From Mobula hypostoma (taxonomy: Eukaryota), in the NCBI RefSeq assembly GCF_963921235.1, contig NC_086097.1, positions 78,060,001 through 78,124,000 on the forward strand: a stretch of DNA of 64,000 bases, in the 5' to 3' direction. A model generated the notes under the pieces. The model did no database searches. It was not told the origin of the DNA and worked only from the letters and a program-made list of their open reading frames with translations. Below are positions 38,473 to 52,052 of this stretch, piece by piece. The translations under genes were made by a program, and so were the position numbers. Position 1 is the first letter of the stretch; every line of letters starts with the position of its first letter.

Positions 38473-38805
38473 CGAGGGGTGACTGATAAGTTCGTGGCCT
38501 AAGCTAGAAGGAGATGAGTTATACAGCTCTCGTTACATGCACGTGCAGTTCAACTCTTTGAGTGATTATGCAGAAAGTTTGAAGTTAATAACTCATCTCC
38601 TTCTACCTTAGGCCACAAACTTATCCATCACCCCTGCTGTGGACCACTTTCTGGACAGGTCCAAGATGCCGACTTCTACAAGGAAGGGATCTGCCTGCTC
38701 CATGACCGCTGGACTAAGTGTGTAAATGTAGGAAAAATAAATGTGCCAGGTTTTCTACAATTGACTCCTTATACCTTAGGCTGCAAACTTATCAATCACC
38801 CCTTG
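38473..38805. mobile_element. Mariner-type MITE
   Basis: TA|CGAGGGGTGACTGATAAGTTCGTGGCCTAAG is inverted to CTTAGGCTGCAAACTTATCAATCACCCCTTG; third TIR copy at ~38593-38635. Confidence 0.8.
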
Positions 38806-39859
38806 GAAATGGTTCAAAGGTCATAGGATGCATTTTAATAATTTGGCCAAAAGCTGCAAGTGAAATATAAGACAACATGTTTTTTAAACATGGAGTATCA
38901 CTGATCTGGATTTCACTCTCTGTAGCCCTTCAAACTACCATTCCTGTTTTCATAACTCTTCACCTAAACTTATCCCAAAATCTAATTATTATTTTATTCA
39001 TCTAGTTGACGATTCTTGTGACATGTTCAAAATATTCCAGTACAAGGCTTGAAACTAATTGTGACATTGTTAAGTGGATTATAGTCATTTTATTCCAAAG
39101 CTTTCACTGAAGGATTAGCAATGATTCAAATCCTAGGAATCCTTCCAAACTATCAGCAGGCATGTTTTTTCTGTTAATGCATAAAAGCTGCAGTTGAAAG
39201 TCCTGAAACTTTAGATATTTGTTTGGTGGTCACACTCTCCACTGAGTTCTTAATTACAGTCATGATCCTGAAATAGTATCCACTAGAAATGGTGGCACAG
39301 AATCGTTCAGTGACAGAGCACTTGAGAGATACACAGCTTGCTGGTTAAAAAGCAAACACGGTGGTTCTGAAGCCTTTCTCTCAGGAAACTCCAAAATCCA
39401 CTTTAAATTCAGAGATCGAAAAAAGAATTTCCTACCATACACAGTACAGAATACAGAACAGTACAGCCCAATTCAGAAAATTATGTACAATTGTGTCCAC
39501 TAACATGTATCATTAACAACAAACGTCAAGCTGTCAAAGCATAGACATTCCAGTCAATACGAAAAGATTTTTAAAAATTTAGATAAATAGAAATTTATCT
39601 ATTCAACACTTCTTAATGGTATTTAGGAATGTATTGCATTGGACCCAGCCCAAGTTTTGTGTTCATCACTCGTGAAAATTGTATCCGGCAAGATGGCATT
39701 GTTGAACAACAATCATGTGTTGCGGCCAACTTACAAAACTTCTAAATATACTTCTTTTGAACTACTCGCACAGCAATCTACAATTCGTAATAGCCCTTTA
39801 AGTAATGCATTATTGAACCTTCTTAATGAACTAGTGGTTTCACAATGTTTTGAAGGACT

Positions 39860-40430
39860 CAGTGGACTTAACTCCCAGGTGTGTTTTAAGCGGACGAACG
39901 TACATCACCATGGCCAAAAGAAAGGAAGGAGGGAGAACTCCAAGCCAGGCTAAAGTAAAGGGGCATGAAGATTCCTCTCTCCAGCATCTTGTTAGCAAAT
40001 GTACAGTCGCTGGAGAACAAGATTGAGTATCTAAGGGCAAGATTGCTGTATTGGAGGTAAATGAGGAATTGTTGTGTTCTCTGTTTCATGGAAACATGGC
40101 TCACTTCACACATGCCAGATACATTCATAAGACTAGAGGGCTTCTCAATACACAGGCTGCACTGGCCTGTTGATTTGTAGGGGAAGGGTCTAAGTTTCAT
40201 GATACATTTGTTATGGCGCTCAGATGCAGCTAAAATGCCACAGTCTTGTTCTACCAACCTGGAACATCTAATGATTAAGTGCCGACTGTTCTACTTACAA
40301 AGAGAGTCCTCCTCCATGATCCTAACCATAGTTTACATACTGCCAAAGGCCAATGTTAAACAGGCACTCAATGAATTGAGTGCTGCCTATCAGAAGACAA
40401 GAAACAGCCTACCCCAACATCTTTGAAATC
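39860..40430 (+). mobile_element. Rex1/Babar LINE endonuclease (5') fragment
   Basis: Encodes ILLANVQSLENK, CVLCFMETWL and LEHLMIKCRLFYL. Confidence 0.8.
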
Positions 40431-41470
40431 ATCACATGCAAATTGCTGGAGTAACTCAGCAGGCCAGGCAACATCTATGGAAAAGAGTAAACAGTTGATG
40501 TTTTGGGTTGAGACCTTCATCAAGACTGGTAAAAAATATAAGAAGTTAGAGCAAGAAGGTAGGGGGCAGAGGTGGAAGAAGTACAAGATGATAGGTGATA
40601 GGTGAAACTGGGAGAAGGGGAAGGGTGAAGTAAAGATTTAGGAAGTTGATTGGTGAAAGAGATAAAGGGCTGGAGAGGGGGAATCTGATAGGAAAGGGTA
40701 GAAGACCATGGAAGAAAAGGATTGGTGGGGAGCACCAGAGCAAGGTGATGGGGAGGTAAGGACATAAGGTGAGAGAGGGAAATGGGAAAGGGGGAACAGT
40801 GAGGGGTGGGGGGCAATTACCGGACGTTTGAGAAGTCGATGTTCATGCCATCAGGTTGGAGGCTACCCAGATGGAATATAAGGTATTGCTCCTCCAACCT
40901 GAGTGTGGTCTCATCATGGCAGCAGAAGAGGCCATGGACTGACATGTCAGAATGAGAAGTAGAATTGAAATGGGTGGGCACTCGGAGAACCCACTTTTCT
41001 GGCAGATGGAGCATAGGTGCTTGGCGAAGTCGTCTCTCAACCTACTTCAGGCCTCACCGATATACAGGAGGCCACTCAGGGAGCACCGGATATAGCAGAT
41101 GACCCCACCAGACACCAGAGGCGAAGTGTCGCCTCACCTGGATGGACTGTTTGGGGTCCTGAATGGTAGTGAGGGAGGAGGTGTAGGAGTAGGTATGGTA
41201 CTTGTTCTGTTTGCAAGGATAAGTGCCAGGAGGGTGATCAATTGGGAGGGACGAATGCACGAGGGAGTAGCGTAGGGAGCAATCCCCGTGGACAGCAGAA
41301 AGTTGGGGGGAGGGAAAGATGTGTTTGGTGGTGGGATCCCGTTGGAGGTGGCTGATGTTTTGGAGAATTAAGTGCTGGACGCGAAGACTAGTGGGGTGGT
41401 AGGTGAGGACAAAAATATCCTATCCCTTTTGAGGTATCAGTGGGGAGGGACGAATGGACATAGGAGTCAT
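40430..41470 (-). mobile_element. Penelope-like element 3' part (GIY-YIG endonuclease, 3' UTR, decayed hammerhead)
   Basis: GTYPCKQNK...QVRRHF and HFNSTSHS...LRLEEQYLIFHLGSLQPDGMNIDFSN; minus strand reads CAGTC-TTGATGA-AGGTCTCAACCC-AAAAC-ATC-AACTG at ~40528-40492. Confidence 0.9.
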
Positions 41471-41514
41471 GTATCAATGGGGAAACACCTGGAGAGAGTC
41501 TTCGCTTGCAAGGA

Positions 41515-41922
41515 TCTCAGGTTGGAGGAGCAACATCTTATATTCTGTATGGGTAGCCTCCATCCTGATGACATGAACACCGATTTCTCAAACCTGGTAA
41601 TTGCCTTCCTGCTGTGTTCACCAGCAACTTTGATGTGTGTTAATTGCCTCACACCTTTCACCATTCCCCCATTCCCATTTCCCTCTGACACCTTATCTCC
41701 TTACATGCCCATCACCTCCCTCTGCTGCTCCTCCCCCTTCCCTTTTTCCATGAGCTTCTACCCTCTCCGATCAGATTCCTCCTTCTCTGGCCCTTTATCT
41801 CTTCCACCAATCAATTCCCAGATCTTTACTTCACCCCTCCCGCCTCCCAGTTTCACCTATCACCTACCACTTTATCCTTCTTCCTCCTCTCCCTCCCATT
41901 CTTGCTCTAAGTTCTCATCCTC
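41515..41922 (+). mobile_element. Inverted partial Penelope copy (pseudo-LTR-like)
   Basis: LRLEEQHLIFCMGSLHPDDMNTDFSN plus pyrimidine-rich UTR, inverted relative to ~40540-40905. Confidence 0.85.
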
Positions 41923-42800
41923 TCAGCACAAGTGGTCCACAAGGCTGTGTGCTTAGACCCCTGCCCTATCTACCTTATACTTAAGACTTGTGAGGCTAAG
42001 TACAGCTCCAATGTCATATTCAAACTTGCTGATGACACCATTGTTGTAGGCCGAAACAAAAGTGGTGACAAATCAGCTTATAGGAGGGAGATCGAAAATC
42101 TGGCTGAGTGGTGCCACAGCAACAACCTCTCACTCAATGTCAGCAAGAAAAAGAAGGAGGAAACTGGAGGCCCAGGGGTTAATTGTCATTAGGGGAACAG
42201 AAGTGAAGAGAGTTAGTGACTTTAAATTCCTCAGTTTTATCATTTTATATCATTTGAGTCTAGCACATAAGTGCCATTACAAAGAAAGCACGACAATTCC
42301 TTTACTTTCTTACAAGTTTGCAAAGGTTCTGCATATCATCTAAAACATTGACAAACTTCTACAGATGTGGGGTGAAGAGTATATTGACTGGTTGCAGCAT
42401 TCCTGGTATGGAAACGCCAATGCCCTTGAATGGAAAATCCTACAAAAAGTAGTGGATATGACCCAGTCCATCACAGGTAAAGCTAACCATTGAACGCATC
42501 TACATGGAGCGCTTTTGCAGGAAAACAGCATCCATCATCAAGGACTGCCACCACCCAGGTCATGCTCTCTTCTCTCTGTTGCCATCAGGAACAAGGTACG
42601 ACAGCCTCAGGACTCACATCACCAGGTTCAGGAACAGTTGTTACCCCTCAACCATCAGGTTTTTGAACCGGGGGATAACTTAACTCAACTTCACTCACCC
42701 GCATCATTGAAATGTTCTCACACCCTATAGACTCACTTTCAAAGACTGTTCGTCTCATGCTCTCAGTATTTTATTGCTTGTTTCCTTGTTATTATTATTG
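41923..42800 (+). mobile_element. Rex1/Babar LINE RT/3' fragment
   Basis: FKLADDTIVVG, AYRREIENLAEWC, NLSLNVSK. Confidence 0.85.
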
Positions 42801-42809
42801 TATTTTTTA

Positions 42810-45800
42810 CTTTTTCTCAGGTCGAGCTGGTAAAACCTGAGGTATGGGCATAGACAAACACATTCATTTCTCAATTGCTAGAATTGTTTAATGCTATTGT
42901 GTAGTGATTTTGGAAAGATACCAGTTGTAGATATTACTATTGGGACGATATATACCCTGTTTATGTTCCAAAGTCTTTCAATTCACTCTTTTAATTCAGC
43001 ATATTTCTGGTGTTTTTCACATTGATTTCTATATGTTATGTGCGTTTCAAAAGGCTATATTTATTAAGTAAGTTGTTCTTGCTTGGTAATCCTGTAATAT
43101 CATATCAGGATAATTATTATTTCTATTTATTTTTTCTTAGCTTAAACTGGTAAAACTATTATTATTCTTTTCATTTTTTTCTCCAGTCATGCTAGTAAAC
43201 CCTAAGGTATGGGCAAAGCCAAGCACACTCATTTCTCAATTTCTAGGAACTTCTGAATTATTCAAGTGGTGTTTAGTATTAGCTGTCTGGATATTTTGCA
43301 TGAGTATTGGTGTGTAGACCTAATTGTTTAATGCTATTGTGTAGTGACTTTGGGATGATACCAGTTGTAGTTATTACTATTGGAACACCCTGCTCATGTT
43401 CCATAGTCTTTCTATTTCCTCTTTTAATTCAGCATATGTCTGGTGATTTTCATATATTGATTTCTGTTTGTTGCTTGTGCTTTGAATGGCTGTATCTATT
43501 AAGTAAGCTGTTCTTGCTTGTTTATCCTGTAATATTATATCCGAACAGTTATGATGGATTGTTCTATCTGTTATTATAGATCAGTCGTAATATAATTTGT
43601 AAGGCTCTAAAAATGGATCAGGCTTCAATTTATAGTAAAGTATGGTGTCCGTTGTGAGTTGTATTTTAAAGCAAGATTTTTGTGATTGTGCCTGTAGAAG
43701 TAATCAGATTCAGTTTAACTGCTGCAGGATCCTGTAATATGTTGAACTGATTCTGGTTTCTCTTGGCATTTTCTGTATTTATCATCAATTTATCTTCAAT
43801 TTGTTGGTCTTTTTTGTGTATGTGTTAACCACTTGGTCCTATATTGCCAAAAGGAACCCCTCTGTTTCTGGTAAGAGGTCTCCATCTCTAAGCCAAGCAT
43901 TTGACAATTCCTTGTCAACATCTAGTCTGCTCAGATAGTGGGGATGACTTCCACAGAGGGTCATGCTCTTCATTTGGTTAAATTCTTTCTTCCGCAGAGA
44001 TAATTTCTTCATTTTTCTGGGTTGTGCTTTCACTTAAATTTATTGATGTGTACTTCTTACCAGAATTGCATATAGTTGTATGGGGTGCTGAATACTGTTT
44101 CCGTTGATGAGAAAATATCCTTAGAAATTTTGTATAACTGTTGTGTAATTTTTTTATGTTTGTTTTTTCACTTCTTCCTTCTGTGCTTGGTAGTGTTAAT
44201 CCAAGTGTGCTTGAGTGTACATAGTGTTTTCTAAAATTTGTCACTTCAGTTCTTATTTTTCTTTGTAAATTTTCCAGATCAGTTTCAGACCAATGTATTA
44301 TGCCAGAAGACTATCTTAATGTGGGTATAGTGAAAGTGTTTATTGCTTTTTTTTACTATTGAGCTTTGTTTGGCAGAATTTCTTGAGCCTTGATGTAAAT
44401 TCTGTTGAAAGTTTTCCCTTTATTGCACTAAGACCTATTTTCTTTGCTTGTTGGGATCCCAGATACTTATATGTTTCATCTTCATCCATCAGTTGTATTG
44501 TATCCTGCTGCTCTAATATAGCACCTTTCTTTATGTTTAATGTTCCGCACTTATCTGATTTTTCTCAGCTCAAGCTGGTAAAACCTAAGGTACAGACATA
44601 GCCAAGTATGCCCATTTGTCAATTGCTAGGAACTTTCAGAATATCCTAGTGGTGTTTAGTATTGTGGCTTTCTGAAGATTTACGCATATGTTATTTCCCT
44701 AATTGTTTAATGCTGTTGTGTAGTGCCGTTAGGATGATACCAGCTGTAAATATTATTATCAGGACAGTGTATATGTTGATCATGTTCCAAAGTCTCTCAA
44801 TTTCCTCTTTTAATTCAGCATATTTCTGGTGTTTTTCACTTATGGAATTCTGTATGTTATGTGTGTTTAGACTGGCTATATCTATCAAGTATGTTGTTCT
44901 TGTATTATTATATCTGAATGGTTATTATGGATTGTCCTATCTGTAATAACTGATTGGTCATAATATAAGTTGTGATATTCTGAGTCTAAAACTGGATCAG
45001 GCTTGTATTTAGAGTAAGGTGTGATTTCATTTATGAGTTTGTATTTTAGAGCAAGATTTTAATGAATGATGTTTGCCACTTGATTGTGCCTGTGTAAGTA
45101 TTCAGAATGTGTTAAACTGTTACAGGTTCCTGAAATGTGCTGGATTGTTTCTGGTATTTCTCAGCATTTTTTACATTTATCATCTTGAATTTGTTGGTCT
45201 TTTATTATGCATTTTAGATTTTTTTTATGTTAACCATCTGGTCCTGTATTGCCACAAGGAACCTTTTTTGTTTCTGGGAAGAGGTCTCCAACTCTGAGCT
45301 AGGCATTCGATACTTCCTTGTTGCCATCTAGTTTGCTCAGATCATAGGGATTGAATTGAATTAAATTGACTTTATTTCTTACATCCTTCACATATATGAG
45401 GAGCTACGTTACGTCTCCGTCTAAATGTGCAATGTGCAATCGTAGTAACTTATAATAAATAGAACAGTCAATGTAACATAGAAATACACTCAAATCAGCG
45501 TGTGTTAATCAGTCCGTTGGCCTGGTGGAAGAAGCTGTCCTGGAGCCTGTTGGTCCTGGCTTTTATGCTGCGGTATCATTTCCCAGATGGTAGCAGCTGG
45601 AAGAGTTTGTGGTTGGGGTGACTCAGGTCCCCAGTGATCCTTCAATCCCTTTTTACACACGACTTTGTAAGTGTCCTGAATCATGGGAAGTTCACAACTA
45701 CAGATGTGCTGGGCTGTCCACACCACTCTCTGCAGAGCCCAGTGATTAAGGGAGGTACAGTTCCCATACCAGGCAGTGATGCAGCCAGTCAGGATGCTCT

Positions 45801-47340
45801 CAGTTGTGCCCCTGTAGAAAATTCTTAGGATTTGTGGGCCCATACCAAACTCCATCAACCGTCTGAAGTGAAAGAGGCCTTGTTGTGCCTTTTCCACCAC
45901 AGCACTGGTGTGTACAGACCATGTGAGGTGCTCGGTGATGTGGATGCCAAGGAACTTAAAGCTGTTTACCCTCTCAACCCCAGATCCATTGATGTCAATA
46001 GGGGTTAACCTGTCTCCATTCCTCCTGTTATCCACAACCAGCTCCTTTGTTTTTGTGACATTGAAGGAGAGTCTTCCATGGAGAGTCATACTCTTCCATT
46101 GGTTAACTTTTTCTTTAACAGTGATAATGTCTTCATTTTTTGGGTTGTGGCTTAATTTAAGTTAGTTGTGTATACTTCTTATTGGAATTGCATATGCTTG
46201 TGTGGAGTGCTGATTTCTGTTTTTGTTGATAAAAGCATATCCTTAGAAGTTTTATCTGACTGATGTATAGATGTTTAATGTCTGTTATTCCTCTTCTCCC
46301 TTCTGTCCAGGTACATATTGTTTTCTGAAATTTGTCATTTCATTTCTTATTTTTCTTTGTAAATTTTCCAGATCGGTTTTGGACCAAGATAATATGCCAG
46401 AAGAATACATTAACATAGGTACAGAAAAAGTAGTGTTTATTGCCTTTGTTATAATTTTACTGTTGAACTCTGTTTGGCAGATTTTCTTAAGCCTTGAAGT
46501 AAATTCTGTCAAAAGGTTTTCCTTTATTACACTATAATTTATTTTCTTCCTTGTCGATTTTCCAGGTACTTACAAGTTTCAACTTTGTGCATCAATTCTG
46601 TTGTATCCTGCACCTTTCTTTATGTTTAGTGTACTGCATTTATCCAGTCCAAAGTTCATAGTTATATCTTTGGAAAACAGCTCTGCTATTTAAATTAATT
46701 GTTTGTCCCTGTATCCTATCACAACTGTCTCAAATTCTGTTACTCGGTAGTATACACGCATTATAAATGTGTTTATTTTTAATGACCATTTCATGCCTGA
46801 CTTTCTTCTTTTAGCTGCTTGAGTGGTTGCAGTTATTATTATTATTATTATTATTTCTTTTTTTATTTTTGTATTTGCAGTTTGTTGCCTTTTGCACATA
46901 GATTGTTTTCCCATCCTGTTGGGGGTGATCTTTCATTGATTCAATTGTATTTCTTGCATTTACTGTAAATGCCCACAAGAAAATAAACCTCAGCATTGTG
47001 TATGGTGACATATTTGTACTTTGAACTTCATACTTAGCTTTATTTTATGGGTCTAAAATTGTTATTTTTCTCATAGTTTAACATTTCTTCTGCTTGCTTA
47101 TGACTTTTTATAATCACCTATATGTGTGTAATGGTGGTATATTGTTCTGCGAATTTTCAGTAACCGTAGTGTAGCTGATTCTGTGTTTTTCTTGAAGTTT
47201 CTCTGCAGCCTGTATCACACCACTGAATTCAACTATTTCAAAGGTTACCATTTATCAATGGAATGTCTTGTTATCCGTCTAGTTTGTATAAGACGACCAA
47301 GACTTCTTTGATATTTTTCTTGGCTTTTCTTTGTTTGGCT
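42810..47340 (-). mobile_element. Tandem cluster of degenerate R4/Dong-like (RLE-type) non-LTR retrotransposons
   Basis: LPETEGFLLAI, AINTTFSVPMLMYSSGILSW and IDIAS...EKHQKYAELKEEIERLW (RLE); the same 3' end recurs at ~42816, ~43136, ~43190 and ~44565. Confidence 0.8.
45350..46075 (-). mobile_element. Rex1/Babar LINE 3' part nested in an R4-like copy
   Basis: NVTKTKELVVD, FKFLGIHI, KAQQGLFHFRRL; (TCAAT)n tail. Confidence 0.9.
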
Positions 47341-47506
47341 GTTTGTTCTTTGTTTTCACCCTTCCTAACATTAGATTAAGATGGTTACCATTAATTCATT
47401 ATGATGAGCTCCTTATAAAATGGCTGTAACCACCAAAAGTTATGCCTCATTCTTGACTTCCAAAGGACATCTGGATCACAATATCACCAGATCCAAGAGC
47501 TTTCAC

Positions 47507-48930
47507 AACCCTGAAAATTATAGATCAGTGAGTCTTACTTCAGTGGGGAAATTATAGACCAGTGAGTCTTACGTCAGTGGTTGGTAAGTTGATGGAGAAG
47601 ATCCTGAGAGGCAGGATTTATGAACATTTGGAGAGGCATAATATGATTAGGAATAGTCAGCATAGCTTTGGCAAAGACAAGTCGTGCCTTATGAGCTGAT
47701 TGAATATTTTGAGGATATGACTAAATACATTGATGAAGGTAAAGCAGTAGATGTAGTGTACATGGATTTCAGCAAGGCATTTAATAACATACCCCATGCA
47801 AGGCTTATTGAGAAAGTAAGGAGGCATGGAATCCAAGGGGACATTGCTTTGTGGATCCAGAATTGGCTTGCCCACAGAAGGCAAAGAGTAGTTGCAGACA
47901 AGTCATATTCTGCATGGAGGTTGGTGACCAGTGGTGTGCCTCAGGGAACTGTTCTGGGATCCCATCTCTTCATGATTTTTATAAATGACCTGGATGAGGA
48001 AGGGGAGGGATGGGTTAGTAAATTTGCTGATGACACAACAGTTACTGGTGTTGTGGATAGTGTAGAGGGCTGTCAGAGGTTACTGCGGACATTGATAGGA
48101 TGCAAAACTGGGCTGATAAGTGGCAGATGGAGTTCAACCCAAATAAGAATGAGGTGGTTCATTTTGGTAGGTCAAATATGATGGCAGAATATAGTATTAA
48201 TGGTAAGACTTTTGGCAGTGTGGAGGATCAGAAGGATCTTGGGGTCCGAGTCCATAGGACACTCAAAGCTGCTGTGCAGCTTGACTCCGTAGTTAAGAAG
48301 GCATATAGTGCAGCGACCTTCATCAACCGTGCGATTGAGTTTAAGAGCCGAGGGGTAATGTTCCAGCTATATAGACCCCTGGTCAGACCCCACTTGGAGT
48401 ACTGTGCTTGGTTCTGGTCCACTCACTGCAGGAAGGATGTGGAAACTATAGAAAGCGTACAGAGGAGATTTACAAGGATGTTGCCTGGATTGGGAAGCAT
48501 GCCTTATGAGAATAGGTTGAGTGAACTTGGCCTTTTCTCCTTGGAGCAGCAGAGGATGAGACTGACCTAATAGAGGTGTATAAGATGATGAGAGGCATTG
48601 ATCGTATGGATAGTCAGAGGCTTTTTCCCAGGGCTGAAATGGCTGTCACAAGAGGGTACAGTTTTAAGGTGCTTGGAAGTAGGTACAGAGGAGATATCAG
48701 GGGTAAGTTTTTTTATGCAGAGAGTGGTGAATGTGTGGGATGGACTGCCAGCAACGGTGGTGGAGGCGGATACAATAGGGTCTTTTAAGAGACTTCTGGA
48801 TAGGTACATAGAGCTTAGAAAAATAGAGGGCTATGGGTAACCCTAGGTAATTTCTTAAGTAAGTATGTGTTTGGCACAGCATTGTGAGCCAAAGGGCCTG
48901 TATTGTGCTGTAGGTTTTCTATGTTTCTAT
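47507..48930 (+). mobile_element. CR1 LINE, 5'-truncated
   Basis: ORFs 47684-48181 and 48100-48570 with RT motifs; TTTCTATG tail; ~34-bp tandem duplication at the 5' end. Confidence 0.95.
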
Positions 48931-50497
48931 CTCCTAACAAACTGCTGGTCTCACTGTTATCAGCATTCCAGAAGGTAGTAGTCATAGCTGATGACAAAGC
49001 CTAAGGCTCACTCATACTCAATCAGGGGCATTTCTCACTATTCCTAAATGTTTCCAGTAACAAGCACATTTAGAAACAACTGAATGCAAACAAATAGCTG
49101 TAACAAAAATAAAAACTGAAAAAAAATTAAAGGCATTTTCAACTTACGTGAATTAAAGATAGAAAGTGTCATTTAGCATTTTGGTGAACATCAGCCCACT
49201 TATTTCGTGAGTGTGGTGACACCAAAAGTGACAACATTGTCTCATGTAGAACTGAGGGTGCAGGTACAACATACAACTGCATCTTCGATCAGGTCACCAG
49301 TGGGATCCAAACCATTATTATTTTATATCCTGTTAATTCCTTCACTATATTACCAGCTCAATCTAAACTTACCGCATCACATTATTTTGCATGCTGACCA
49401 TTGCAGTGACCTCCAAAATACTCTAGTTCTGTCAAGGCCTAATTCTATGCTTGTAAATCATAAAGGAGGTTAGAACACATTCACTTGTCATGTTCTGTTC
49501 ACATCTGCCAAAGTGCCACGCTAGTGCTTATTAAACAAATGACATTGCAAGGGGGAATTATACTGGCATGGATTGAAGACTAGTTAACAGAGAGACAGTG
49601 TAGTCTGGTATTAAGCTAGTGGTTTGGGCTGCATTTTCCCGATTCCTCTGCTTGCACATTGCAACACAGAAGTACAGAATATGCTGAAGTTCAGACAGCA
49701 TCATGTCTGATCTCCTTGGCTGCCATCACACTCAGCTGAGAATTCAGAAGAATCCCATAATGTCCCAAACTGAAGAGCCAGATACACTGCAAATCTGCTC
49801 CTCCCCCATCATTAAACCAGCAGTAGTTAGCATTTCTTTTATCTTCGCTATACAGATAAGTGAGGGAATAGGTTTTGCATGTTTTTTTAATTAGCTTAAT
49901 GGTGACTCTTACTTAAAATAAATCAATATTATTTCTTTAATTACAATAATGTTTTTCAACTGTTTAATGATGCCTTTGATTGCCTCACGTTAATTCCTCT
50001 TCAAAGTTCAAAGTACATACATGTCACCATATACAACTCTGAGATTCATTTTCTTGTGGGCATACTCAATAAGTCCATAATAGAATAATAACCATAATAG
50101 AATCAATGAAAAACCCCACATCACCTTGGGTGTTCAATCAATGTACAAAAGACAATATGTGCAAATACAAAATAAAAGAAATAATAGTAATAAATAAATA
50201 AGCAATAAATATCAGGAATCTTTTGGTCTAAACAGAACCCCCATAGCCTAGAGAGTCTCACAGACCAGGTAGAGGCAATCTGCCCCCATGTCCTGAAGGT
50301 TTACAAGTATACTATATGTCTTTACCATTCTAAAAATAATAGATCTTCATTCACCACCTTATTCTTACACAAGCTTGTCGAAATGTATTATTTCTTGAAA
50401 ACATTTGTTGACTTTTCATTCCCTCTTATTGATATTACTTTGCAATCTCTGGAATATTTGGTGTCAAGAACTGATATTCTGTCCACTTAAGTCAATA

Positions 50498-52052
50498 CAA
50501 GTTTCCCCCGCCATCCGAAGGTAGAGCGTTCCTATTAAACGGTTCGTAAGCCGAAATGTCGTAAAGTGAAGAAGCAATTAACGTTTACTTATATGGGAAA
50601 ATTTTGTGAGCGTTCACAGACCCAAAAATAACCTACCAAATCATGCCAAATAACACATAAAACCTAAAATAACAGTAACATATAGTAAAAGCAGGAATGA
50701 TATGATAAATACACAGCCTATATAAAGTAGAAATACTTTTCCACAATCATTACTGAACTGTTCTCCGTAGCGAAAATCTCACGCAAGTGCCTTCGGCAAA
50801 AAATCTCACACAAGCGCTGTTGGCAAGCACACTCTCTCCTGTAACCTTTAAGCTATGAAGCTGCCAAATCATACCAAATAACACGTAAAAATACACTGCC
50901 AATATAAAGTAGAAATAACGCATGTACAGTGTAGTATCACTTACGGGAATCGGGAAGACAGCGCAGAGCACACTGATGATGGTGTGTTAGACTGAGTCGT
51001 TGCAGGTTGTGTGGTACAGTGGTCCCCACCGTCCAGGCCACTGAGCGATACATTGCTGCGAAGAACGCAGGGGTCCAGCGGTAGCCGGGAGGTACACAGC
51101 ACATCTTTAAGAAAAAAGCCGAAACAAACATGCTAATTAATTAGGTGCCACCCGTAATTGTCGGCCCAAATCAGTGCCGATTTCCTTATTGTGTCGTCTC
51201 TGATCTGGGCCAACAATTAGGTGTCGGCGGCACCTAATTAATTAGCATGTTTATTTCGGCTTTTTTCTTAAAGATGTGCTGTGTGCCTCCTGGCTGCCTT
51301 TGCATTCTCTGCGAATCGGTATCTCTCCATGGCCTGGGGGTTGGGGTGGTGGGACACTGGGGTGTCATCTCGTCATCTGTTTCCATTACAGCAGGCAGCT
51401 CATCTTCTTCTATCTCTGCCCGCCTCGATGTCGAAGGTCAAGGTTCGTCGTCTGCTGTGGCTGATGTGGAAGGCTTGCTTGACTGCTGAGCCTCGTGCAT
51501 TTTTCTATCACACAGTTCTTTAATAAGAACTCAAACCATCCTGCAAATATCCCCTAAACTGACGTACCCTTTCAAAATTAAAGTCGTACTTTATCATTAC
51601 TCATTCGGTTTCGATTGTTATCCTTTTTTCTTCCAGTTGCATCAGCTCTTCATCTGTCAGTTCTTGGTGATGGGATGTCAAAACCTCTTCAACATCATGT
51701 TCGTCAGCTTCCACAAGCCAAACTCACGCTGTCCTTACTTCATTCACCACGATCAAAACGCTTAATTATATCTAGTTTTACCATAAGTGTAACACCCTTA
51801 CGAGCTCTTTCAGGCTTTTCCGATACTATAGAACTCATCTTGCAAACGGCTGCTTGCAGGCACATGTTAAAGCAATGCTGTTCCGAATCTGGGGGAGAGC
51901 AGCCTCTCAGGGCGCGCTGCCTTTTATCGCGTGCTGAGTTTTCTTTCGTAACAGTGAAAACACCTTCTGAAAGCGAAAACAGAGTACTAATGTAGGTCTT
52001 TCGTAACAGTGAGGTTTCATAAAGCGAACATTCAAAAAGCGGGGGACACCTG
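50498..52052 (-). mobile_element. Tigger/pogo DNA transposon, internally deleted
   Basis: TA TSD; TIRs CAAGTTTCCCCCGC / GCGGGGGACACCTG; CENP-B-like N-terminus RARKGVTLMVKLDIIKRFDRGE. Confidence 0.9.

Noticed and set aside
40490..40530. Active hammerhead in the Penelope copy
   Set aside because: The core is mutated (UUGAUGA, AAAAC), so it is predicted inactive.
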